A stretch of 39,759 nt of DNA, from contig CAZHWT010000006.1 of NCBI GenBank assembly GCA_964536215.1, positions 1 to 39,759 of the forward strand, read 5' to 3'. Origin of the DNA: an uncultured Candidatus Saccharibacteria bacterium. GTDB taxonomy: Bacteria > Patescibacteriota > CAZHWT01. The notes beneath the pieces were generated by a model. It saw only the letters and a program-made list of their open reading frames with translations. It was not told the DNA's origin and searched no databases. Shown here one piece after another: positions 32,054-39,759 of this stretch. Position 1 is the first letter of the stretch. The number at the start of each line of letters is the position of its first letter. Position numbers and translations under genes: made by a program.

Positions 32054-32082
32054 ATTCTATAGCACAGACCCACCTCTGTCAA
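32054..32082 (-). promoter_or_regulatory. Sigma70 promoter for the 31508-32014 ORF
   Basis: Minus strand TTGACA-N17-TAGAAT. Confidence 0.8.
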
Positions 32083-32189
32083 AAACCAACCTTACTTCAG
32101 GCGGAAAGACAATTACTGCCTTCCCAGGATCACGAGAATAAGTCCTCAATTGCAATACGTGCCAGCTACGCAGTTCAAAAGATCAGAGT

Positions 32190-32233
32190 GTACTCATACG
32201 TGTACGTACATATGTACGTACACGTATGAGTAC
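32190..32233. repeat. 44-bp perfect palindrome with no loop
   Basis: GTACTCATACGTGTACGTACAT|ATGTACGTACACGTATGAGTAC. Confidence 0.97.
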
Positions 32234-32264
32234 CTAGACCAATCTACATCTTAAAAATCGCACA

Positions 32265-32290
32265 GATTCTCAGTCAAGCTGAGAATGACA
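32265..32290 (+). repeat. REP-like hairpin, copy 1
   Basis: G-ATTCTCAG-TCAAG-CTGAGAAT-GACA. Confidence 0.9.
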
Positions 32291-32318
32291 AAAACAAAGC
32301 TAGCCTACGCCTGAACGG

Positions 32319-33416
32319 TTATTCTTGCTGCACCCTTCTTTCAGAAGAAAATAATGATATCTGTCTCAAAAACAAAATTAGCCAACTGAATCCAATGACA
32401 AAACTAATCAATTCAAAAGCCGTCAGACTAAAATAGCCCACATAGTAATATAACCAATATCCAGCCAACAGGCTGACTGCCACCAAATAACTGATAGTAT
32501 AAAACTCGCCACTAAACCCCTTAGCCAACCACCGGAGTAACCCAATCAACAGCACAATAATAGCAATCAAGCCAAAAGCCGACCAATTATGCAGCGTTCC
32601 ATTAAGACTATTATCTTTATAGGGAAATAGTCCCACCCCCGCTAAACACACCGCCACACCAATAAACAGCAGTTTAATAAGGCTAGCCCGGGCCATCACT
32701 GACCAATGAGTCTTATCAGTGCTAATATGCTGCTCCAACACCTTAAACACAAAAGAGGCCAAAGTTAGCATAATAATAGCCCCAAAAATAAGTGTCAGGT
32801 TAAAAATAGACGCATTACTGGAGGATTCAGACCCCAACCAACTAAAATTCCTCTGCCACCAGTCGTCATTATTATTAGTAATCATCGAAAACAACGTCCC
32901 GCCAATCAGCACAAAGGCCAATACTCCAATAATCTTGCCCGCATCCACCGTCTTGGCCAAATTTACTGCCGCGTATACACTCACCCCCACTCCCGCCGCC
33001 ACCACCAATCCCGCCGATACATAATCCAAACCCAACCCCTTAAAAGCCAGCGAAAAAACGTAGCCGACCATCAAAGCAATCACTCCCGTAATCAGCCCAT
33101 GAGCCACCGCCAGGCCAACCGTATCCCGCCATAAAGCCACCGAATCAATAAACCCCCACCGCTGTTCAGCTGATTGCGGTCTATACTCATGCCAATACAC
33201 TACTCCGTAACTCAGCAACACAGCCCCGCCAGCCAGCACTGCCACTACTGTACTAATCGAAACTGAGGCCTGCACTGGCACTAAAGCCATCTTCATCACC
33301 ATAAAAAAGCCTAACGACGCCACTCCTGTCAGAGCTGCCCACGCCAAACTCCACCGCAAGGCACTCTGTTCATTCCGTTGTAAATCCGCCCTTTGCGGCA
33401 ATTCAGGTCTATCCAT
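32319..33416 (-). CDS. Multi-pass membrane protein, DUF998-like
   Basis: About 10 hydrophobic segments, WWQRNFSWLG, VGLFP...LHN. Confidence 0.7.
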   Translation of the reverse strand: MDRPELPQRADLQRNEQSALRWSLAWAALTGVASLGFFMVMKMALVPVQASVSISTVVAVLAGGAVLLSYGVVYWHEYRPQSAEQRWGFIDSVALWRDTVGLAVAHGLITGVIALMVGYVFSLAFKGLGLDYVSAGLVVAAGVGVSVYAAVNLAKTVDAGKIIGVLAFVLIGGTLFSMITNNNDDWWQRNFSWLGSESSSNASIFNLTLIFGAIIMLTLASFVFKVLEQHISTDKTHWSVMARASLIKLLFIGVAVCLAGVGLFPYKDNSLNGTLHNWSAFGLIAIIVLLIGLLRWLAKGFSGEFYTISYLVAVSLLAGYWLYYYVGYFSLTAFELISFVIGFSWLILFLRQISLFSSERRVQQE

Positions 33417-33442
33417 ATCGTAAGTATACCGTAGAAATCTAG

Positions 33443-33575
33443 TTCGCCTATTCGTTTATTCGTTAGCTCGTTAATTCAATGCTTCGTTTATTCAAATGAC
33501 CAATTGCTCGCATATTCGTCTACTCATCTACTCGAAGCGAGTTTATCCGTACTTCGTACTTCTAACCCCTTACTC
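33443..33575. repeat. Degenerate 8-mer and 7-mer arrays
   Basis: TTCGCCTA TTCGTTTA TTCGTTAG CTCGTTAA..., GTACTTC x2. Confidence 0.75.
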
Positions 33576-33673
33576 CCGCAACCTCCGCCTACACGCCGCA
33601 GGGAAATCCACACACAGACCGCCCCGCAATAACTTTACGGGACTTGTCCCTCTCTTGCAGAATAAGCTACATA

Positions 33674-34804
33674 TTAAAGTTTATCCGTTCTCAAATACCT
33701 TCTAAACTTTTCCACTGCCTTATCTAAGGCTCTCTTAGCTCGTTTATCCGACATTCCCTCTTCCCACCACACCCCTTTAATCTCCAAACCTTTCTCCTTG
33801 TTCAAGACCGGCTCAATTCGTCCCACCAGCCGGTCGCCATACAGCATTGGCAATACATAATAGCCAAACTTTCGCTTAGCTGCCGGCACATACACTTCCC
33901 ATTTATAATCAAAATCAAACAACTCCAAAATCATCCGCCTATCCCACAACACATTATCCAACGGCGCCAAAAACTTCATTTCTTTCACATCATCCGCACC
34001 CCCTCCTTCGGATTCCTTACTCCCCTCAAGACCTCTCGCATCCCCACCCCGCACCACATACACCGTCTTAACCCCGTCCACCCGCACTTCCACCAACCGC
34101 CCCGACTCCACCATCGCCTTAATCGTCGACCGCAGTTCTCGTCCTAGCCCAATCCCCAGCCAGCCCGTACCGCCTCCGCTAACCGGCAACATCCCCACCG
34201 CCCCAATCCGTCGTTCAATATGTTCTTCCACCGTCGGCACCAGCCTCGGCAAATCTGCAAATACCCGCTCCGGCAAATCATACTGCTTCCTCTGCCGCGT
34301 ATCCCGGGTTATGGCCAACTTTCCTTGCCGCCACAGCGTCTCCAGCGCCACTTTGCCCCAAGCATTCTCCTTGCGCCAGCCAATCTCCGTTACCCGATCA
34401 TCCACAATTCCACCCGTCATCACCGGACCATTCGCTTCTACAAACGCTACTACCTCATCCAGCTCCGCCGCATGTTGCTCGGCAAACTCATGTCGCGCCG
34501 ACCACATCTGTCCAGCCCCAAACCGTAAAAAGCCATAATCCTCCACCGGCAGCAAACACAACACTTTATCGAACCCTTCCACCACCCGCTGCTGCTCATA
34601 GGCCCATTCCCGAAAATCATCCGGATGATAGCCTTCCACTCGCGCCTGCAGCACCAAGTCCACATTCCGCCCACACGGATTAAGCGGATCATACTGCACC
34701 AACCGCAACCCCTCAAACACCTCCCGCGGCTGCCCCCACTTCCGCCCCAACAACCCCTGATGCCTCAACAAAAACCGTCGAGCTTGCTCTTTAGAAACAT
34801 TCAT
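33674..34804 (-). CDS. YcaQ/AlkZ-like (HTH_42) DNA crosslink repair glycosylase
   Basis: QYD (QxD) motif, LAPLDNVLWDR, YKWEVYVP, RKFGYYVLP. Confidence 0.9.
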   Translation of the reverse strand: MNVSKEQARRFLLRHQGLLGRKWGQPREVFEGLRLVQYDPLNPCGRNVDLVLQARVEGYHPDDFREWAYEQQRVVEGFDKVLCLLPVEDYGFLRFGAGQMWSARHEFAEQHAAELDEVVAFVEANGPVMTGGIVDDRVTEIGWRKENAWGKVALETLWRQGKLAITRDTRQRKQYDLPERVFADLPRLVPTVEEHIERRIGAVGMLPVSGGGTGWLGIGLGRELRSTIKAMVESGRLVEVRVDGVKTVYVVRGGDARGLEGSKESEGGGADDVKEMKFLAPLDNVLWDRRMILELFDFDYKWEVYVPAAKRKFGYYVLPMLYGDRLVGRIEPVLNKEKGLEIKGVWWEEGMSDKRAKRALDKAVEKFRRYLRTDKL

Positions 34805-34893
34805 AAACCAAATATAACCCAAATAGTAGCTATCAGCAATTCGGATACACGTCTATATATCTACTCGTCTACCCGCTTGTGCTACAACAAAAG

Positions 34894-34930
34894 ATGTACG
34901 TACACATGTACGTACACGTATATGTACATA
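34894..34930. repeat. TGTACGTACA box array at 12-bp pitch
   Basis: ATGTACGTACAC x2 then GTATATGTACATA; 34906-34930 is the exact reverse complement of 37511-37535. Confidence 0.92.
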
Positions 34931-35007
34931 AATCACTATACTCTTCAACCTAAAGCAATGCTCAGCCTCCCCAGCCTTCTCTCCCACCAACCAAGGATAA
35001 AGAGTAA

Positions 35008-35115
35008 ATCGTTAATCGTAGATCGGAAATCGAAGCGGGGATTCCCAATCAAGTTGGGAATGACACCCTATTACCTTCAACCTTTAACCTTTAACCTTCA
35101 ACCCAGAACCTAGAA
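35008..35115 (+). repeat. Heptamer run + REP-like hairpin copy 2 + heptamer run
   Basis: AATCGTT-type heptamers, G-ATTCCCAA-TCAAG-TTGGGAAT-GACA (35040-35065), CCTTCAA/CCTTTAA run. Confidence 0.9.
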
Positions 35116-35335
35116 CAGATACCATTCTTCACTTCGCTCTCACTGGAATAGCACTCTCAAAACACCAAACTTGCTATTCAAAACTCAAGCATAACAGCCC
35201 TGGGACATAGGGAAATGGCATTTTGGGCATTTTGGAAATATCGGAGCTTACTCTATTCGTCCGCGTAATTCGTAATTCGAACCGCGTGATTCGACAACCC
35301 TACCCCTACTCGCTAGACGCTATCCGCTCCCTCAT

Positions 35336-35364
35336 TTGACCAATCAGCCCCAAAACTATACACT
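35336..35364 (+). promoter_or_regulatory. Sigma70 promoter for the DinB gene
   Basis: TTGACC-N17-TACACT, with AAGGAG RBS downstream. Confidence 0.7.
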
Positions 35365-35391
35365 ACTCATATAACCTTTAAGGAGAAAACT

Positions 35392-35913
35392 ATGACCATA
35401 GTCGAACTTTTAGCTCAGCAACTTCGCGATGCTCACCAAACTTTACTCGGAACTCTAGAAGGAATAACCGACGAACAAGCCAATTTTCAACCCAAAGGCA
35501 AAGCCCTGTCCGTCGGCGCTGTCTGGGTTCACTTAGCTGAAAGCGAAGATATGTTCCTCAGCACTATTACCGGCCAACCCACTCTAGAAGCCAGTCAATT
35601 CGCCGGCAAAACAGGTTTTGACCAACCACAACCCACTGACAATTGGGCCGAAACCTATCCCAAATGGGCCAAAGAGGTTAATATCAACGTCGCTCAACTT
35701 CGCACCTTCACCGAAGCCATCTTTGCCGCCAGCGAAAGCTTTATGGCCACTCTTAAACCAGAAACCCTCGAAGAAACCCGCGATATGGGCTCCATGGGTC
35801 AACCCACCGTCCAAACCATCATCAGCAGCTATCTCATCGCTCACTGCAACCAAATCACCGGAGAAATCTCCGCCATCAAAGGCGTACAAGGCCTCCAAGG
35901 CTACCCCTGGTAA
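35392..35913 (+). CDS. DinB/YfiT-like superfamily protein
   Basis: LEGITDEQANFQP, SVGAVWVHLAESED, AHCNQITGEI. Confidence 0.8.
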   Translation: MTIVELLAQQLRDAHQTLLGTLEGITDEQANFQPKGKALSVGAVWVHLAESEDMFLSTITGQPTLEASQFAGKTGFDQPQPTDNWAETYPKWAKEVNINVAQLRTFTEAIFAASESFMATLKPETLEETRDMGSMGQPTVQTIISSYLIAHCNQITGEISAIKGVQGLQGYPW

Positions 35914-36056
35914 CTTGTCTAGTGACAAGTTACGGAATAGGCAATTAAGAATCCTGAATAAAGAATTCGCAATTACGTTGCTATTCAATATTCGGGATTC
36001 TAAATTCCAACTTCTAACTCACCCATCTCTCCCCGACCATATCGGGATACCTGGCA

Positions 36057-37271
36057 TCATTGCAGTTGCAACTTGTCTGTTGCAATAGCATCTAAAGCCG
36101 CTCGCTCACCAGCAGATAATTCCTTATCAAAAAAGACAGCCGCACTCAAATATAGTGCACGATTACTGCTAAAAGTGGCCACATTATTGGCCACAATCAA
36201 TTCGCCGTAGCTTCCAACCGCCCCTTCATCAGTTAAATACGCATTTACCGCCAACCCGTCCCCTTCGTGGTATCGTACATACACCGACTTCCACCCATCT
36301 GCCAGTGGCGCACTAACCAATGCTGCTTCACGAGTAGAAGAACTAGTATGTGGGGCTCCATTCCAGCTGTAGCCGGGGAGAAGATTGCCATCATCATCGA
36401 ATTGAGGGCAAAGAGTCGTTGCATGATCCTTTTGTTCCAACTGTATATTATCCATTTTGTACGTCAGATTACTAATATCTGGATTCCTGCGATACAAGCC
36501 CCAACCCACCCTACCCGATTCTGCAGGCAAAACCTTAATTCCCACTGCACGCTTCCAACCGTTTAGTAACGAAACCTCCGTCCAATCTGCAGACCCAGAA
36601 ATGTATCCCGCATCAGCCCGATAGGCAAATATATACAATTCTGCCGACATCTCAACAGGTTGAAAATAATCAAACATCACAGTCCATGCCTGCCCAGCAT
36701 GCACGCCATTACTTACCGGAAGCGCCGATACTCCAAAAGATGATGCTGTCGCATCTTCACCTCTAATTGTTTCTATCTTTAGAGCCCCTCCATCGTGGGT
36801 AATATTCACAGTAGTATTTGCAGGTTGATACTTTGATACCCCACTAATATCAGACGTAAAATAGGGATTGCTAAAAACATTAGTCGTCCCCTCTTCTATC
36901 AACCACTCGTCTCCAATTACCCGCAGCGCTCCACCAGAAACAGGCGTAACAATACCTGACTTTGTATATGACCCCTTAGGACTAAGCAATAACATAGCTG
37001 TCGAACTTGGCGGCAGAGATGGCGCTGGTAGCCAATTCGTACCATAAGGAGTTACTGTCAACACCGACCCCACTGGCCCAGGCGGCAATTTAATCGGACC
37101 ATTAGCCGAACCAACTACTATCTCGCCCAGCCCTGGCACCAGTGCAGCAATATCCGATGACCGCACCACCGATTTAAGCGATCCATCACCATTGTGTTCT
37201 ACCGACAAAAACTCATTCAGGAGTTCACCCCAGTTACCTGCATCACCACCTGGTTTGGGTAGCCTCGGCAT
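36057..37271 (-). CDS. Protein with CPR-type N-terminal module and phage fibre/carbohydrate-binding-like domain
   Basis: GGAGG before ATG 37271; MPRLPKPGGDAGNWGELLNEFL start, Pro-rich linker, LIEEGTTN and QLEQKDHATT motifs. Confidence 0.7.
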   Translation of the reverse strand: MPRLPKPGGDAGNWGELLNEFLSVEHNGDGSLKSVVRSSDIAALVPGLGEIVVGSANGPIKLPPGPVGSVLTVTPYGTNWLPAPSLPPSSTAMLLLSPKGSYTKSGIVTPVSGGALRVIGDEWLIEEGTTNVFSNPYFTSDISGVSKYQPANTTVNITHDGGALKIETIRGEDATASSFGVSALPVSNGVHAGQAWTVMFDYFQPVEMSAELYIFAYRADAGYISGSADWTEVSLLNGWKRAVGIKVLPAESGRVGWGLYRRNPDISNLTYKMDNIQLEQKDHATTLCPQFDDDGNLLPGYSWNGAPHTSSSTREAALVSAPLADGWKSVYVRYHEGDGLAVNAYLTDEGAVGSYGELIVANNVATFSSNRALYLSAAVFFDKELSAGERAALDAIATDKLQLQ

Positions 37272-37305
37272 TAGGGAAACCTCCAGGCAAGGGAGCGAGA
37301 GGTAA

Positions 37306-37338
37306 GATTGCCACGTCGTTCCACTCCTCGCAATGACA
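37306..37338 (+). repeat. REP-like hairpin, variant copy
   Basis: GATTGCCACGTCGTTCCACTCCTCGCAATGACA, with the same GATT...AATGACA frame as the other copies. Confidence 0.8.
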
Positions 37339-37349
37339 AAGTGTTTGTA

Positions 37350-37780
37350 CGACGAACTATGAACCATGAACGATGAACAGCATATTCCATGCCACCATGG
37401 TACCTGGAACAGACAAGCGAGTGCAACCGAGAGGGTAGATCGTTAAAGGTAAATCGTTGATCGTAGATCGTTAATCGTAGATCGTAATCTGCATATGTAA
37501 CGTTGGGATATATGTACATATACGTGTACGTACATAGGCCATTTTATCTCTGTAAAATTGCTGAAGGATGGGGGGAGAATTGTTAATCGTATATCGTTAA
37601 TCGCAAATCGTATATCGTACATCGAAACTTGTCCAAGTAACTTTTGTTCGCCTCTGGGGAAAAGTAACCCTTGTCCGCCTCCGGCGGAAATAACCTCATA
37701 GGGGATTCTCAATCAAGTTGAGAATGACAAAGACAGCAATCCTTCACCCTTAAACCTTTAACCTTCAACCTCTAGCCCAA
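37350..37780. repeat. Composite repeat spacer with heptamer runs, GTAC box and two hairpins
   Basis: ACNATGA and GTAGATC/GTTAATC runs, box 37511-37535, TCCGCC-TCC-GGCGGA (37674-37688), hairpin copy 3 (37704-37729), CCTTTAA run. Confidence 0.9.
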
Positions 37781-37789
37781 CTCGCAACC

Positions 37790-39759
37790 TCAGTTCGTCC
37801 AGCTCTCCCCCGGCCGAGAGGCCTTGCGGCGCTTACCTTTATCCTTCCGCTTGCGTGCCTCGTGCTTAGCCCGCCCTTTGCGCCGCGGCTTCTCCTTTTC
37901 TTTCTTACCGTTTTTATCCCTATGGTGCCGTCGGTCTTCATTCATCAAATGCTGCGGCAACCGCTTACCGCTGTACTGTCGACCAATCTCCATCCCGCTC
38001 AACGTCGTAATCGTATACTGTCCCACCACCGTACCCTTCCACGGATGCACCAACGCCTCCTGCTTGGTTGACAACAAATGAGGTGCCAGACTCTCCAACC
38101 AAGCCAATTCCACTGCCTGCACATTTACCGCATAGGTCGACCCATTAATCTGCAAAATCTCAGTAAAAACAATAATTGGCGGCTTCCGGTCAGCCCACAC
38201 ACTACCTGGATGAATCCTCATGGTAGTCCCGTCCGCCCGCTGGTACTCATAATTCCCCTTCTTAACCGCAATATTCTGCAACAGCCCCGCTGTAATCGCC
38301 TGCCCCAGCACCTGGTAGTGCGACGAGTTTCGAGTTTCGAGTTTCGAGTTTCGAGTTTTACCTTTTTTTGGATCTTGGATCTTAGATCTTGATTCTTCAT
38401 CGCGCAGCGATGTCACTGGTATCTCCAGCCACCCCACCAAATTCTCCAACTGATCCATAATCAGCAAAATCTCATTCAACACATGGTGATTCAAATAATG
38501 CTGCTCTGCCCACTCCTGGCGATAGACTGGATTCTGCTTTTGGTATAACGGGATTATTTTTAACAACGTAAACAAATCACCCTGCTTATCTAGCAACTTA
38601 TCCCTAGCCGCATCGGCCGCTATCTCCTCGCCAATTGGCCGCACAAACACCGTATTAGTCGACAAACAAGCCGCAATGGTCAAAATCTCCCGCACACAGC
38701 CAAAATGCTGTGCCTCCAAAATCATCCGGGCAATCCGCGGCTCCACCGGCAACGACACCATTTGCTCGCCCAATGGCGTAATCTTATCCTCCTTATCCAG
38801 CGCGCCCAGCACCTTCAGCGCCACCATGGCATTATGGACTGCCCCCTTAGCTGGTCGGTTCATAAAATCAAACTGCTCCAAATCAGGAATGCCCAACTGA
38901 CTCATCCGCAACACTGCCCCCGCCAAATCTTCCCGCTGAATCTCCGGCGTCGAATACTCCGGCCGTTTAAACTGCCCCGGCAACAAATAGCCCACCCGTC
39001 CAGTGTCGTATTCTTCCTTATTAAATAACGGCAAATACGTCCCCGGCCGCGTCCGCCCAGCTCGACCTTGCCGCTGCCGTAAGCCAGCCTTAGAGTGCTC
39101 AATGGTCAACAAAGCGCCAATGCCGTACCTATGATTAAACGTCATCTCTCTAATCAACCCTGAATCAATCACAAACCCCAAATCCTCCACCGTAATCGAA
39201 GTCTCAGCAATATTAGTCGCTACCACAATCTTACGTTTAGGCCCTGGCTGAAAAATGAGCTGCTGTTCCGCCTGATCCATCTCCGAATGCGCCGGCAATG
39301 GCAGCCAATCCTGATGCCCCAACAATTCCAAATACTCAATCGTCTCCGCAATTTCCCGCTTCCCCGGCATAAAAATCAGCACATGACCGGAGTGCGACTG
39401 CTCCACATCCGCAGAAGCCAGGGAAGCAATATTCGTATCCGTATCCGCATTTCTTGCCGCCTTGCTGCCTTGCTGCCTCGCTGCCTCATCATTTGCAACT
39501 GGACGCTGGACGCTGGACGCTTCATCTATATTCGCACTCCTAGCTACCTCGCTACCTTGCCCCCTCGCTGCCTGAGTATGTATCACATGCGCCTTATACG
39601 CCGCCAGCGCCGGCAAAGAAGCCACCTCCCCCGACTCATGGAACAACGCCAAAGCTGCCTGATTATCTTCCGCTGTCAAATACTCGGTCGCAATCGGAAA
39701 CGACCGCCCTTCCACCGTAATCACTGGCGCATTATCAAAATACTCCGAAAATCGACCCG
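37790..39759 (-). CDS. DEAH-box RNA helicase, HrpA-like (5' end outside window)
   Basis: LIFMPG, VATNIAETSITV, VIDSG, QRQGRAGR, PEIQR, HA2 region ITPLGEQM..LPVEP, IHPGS; frame stays open to the window edge. Confidence 0.93.
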   Translation of the reverse strand, partial: GRFSEYFDNAPVITVEGRSFPIATEYLTAEDNQAALALFHESGEVASLPALAAYKAHVIHTQAARGQGSEVARSANIDEASSVQRPVANDEAARQQGSKAARNADTDTNIASLASADVEQSHSGHVLIFMPGKREIAETIEYLELLGHQDWLPLPAHSEMDQAEQQLIFQPGPKRKIVVATNIAETSITVEDLGFVIDSGLIREMTFNHRYGIGALLTIEHSKAGLRQRQGRAGRTRPGTYLPLFNKEEYDTGRVGYLLPGQFKRPEYSTPEIQREDLAGAVLRMSQLGIPDLEQFDFMNRPAKGAVHNAMVALKVLGALDKEDKITPLGEQMVSLPVEPRIARMILEAQHFGCVREILTIAACLSTNTVFVRPIGEEIAADAARDKLLDKQGDLFTLLKIIPLYQKQNPVYRQEWAEQHYLNHHVLNEILLIMDQLENLVGWLEIPVTSLRDEESRSKIQDPKKGKTRNSKLETRNSSHYQVLGQAITAGLLQNIAVKKGNYEYQRADGTTMRIHPGSVWADRKPPIIVFTEILQINGSTYAVNVQAVELAWLESLAPHLLSTKQEALVHPWKGTVVGQYTITTLSGMEIGRQYSGKRLPQHLMNEDRRHHRDKNGKKEKEKPRRKGRAKHEARKRKDKGKRRKASRPGESWTN

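Noticed and set aside
34625-35113. 162-aa plus-strand ORF, and similar ORFs at 37271-37712 and 32014-32229
   Set aside because: Translations (TCTYTYMY, LRSTINDLR, LQPLTFNLQP) simply reflect the repeat units or the antisense of YcaQ.
35584-36088. Alternative ORFs overlapping the DinB gene
   Set aside because: The DinB frame has a promoter, an RBS and family motifs; the alternatives have none.

Overview
Bacterial genomic window, most likely Patescibacteria/CPR (inference: rpmD/uL30 is absent between rpsE and rplO, adenylate kinase is short and lacks the LID domain, and one protein starts with a CPR-typical MPRLPxPGxDxGxWG motif). The core (7967-31274, minus strand) is the str-S10-spc-alpha-rplM/rpsI ribosomal supercluster, interrupted between map and infA by a ~2.8 kb insert (frameshifted histidine phosphatase, nucleotidyltransferase, unknown ORF). 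The left flank carries a ComM/YifB ATPase, an orphan ORF, a GNAT, an ATL protein, a GT-C glycosyltransferase, a YdeN-like hydrolase and a two-component pair. The right flank carries an orphan ORF, a DUF998-like membrane protein, a YcaQ/AlkZ-type glycosylase, a DinB protein, a phage-fibre-like protein and a partial DEAH helicase. The most unusual signal is the repeat landscape. Degenerate 7-, 8- and 9-nt tandem arrays occur in many intergenic spacers, and AGCGTCC and AAGNNAGC units also sit in frame inside ComM, uL22, uL4 and the helicase, creating peptide inserts. Three composite modules (TGTACGTACA boxes at 12-bp pitch plus a covarying GATT...AATGACA hairpin) recur every ~2.7 kb and delimit pairs of accessory genes. 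All functional calls come from motif recognition by eye; no database searches were run.
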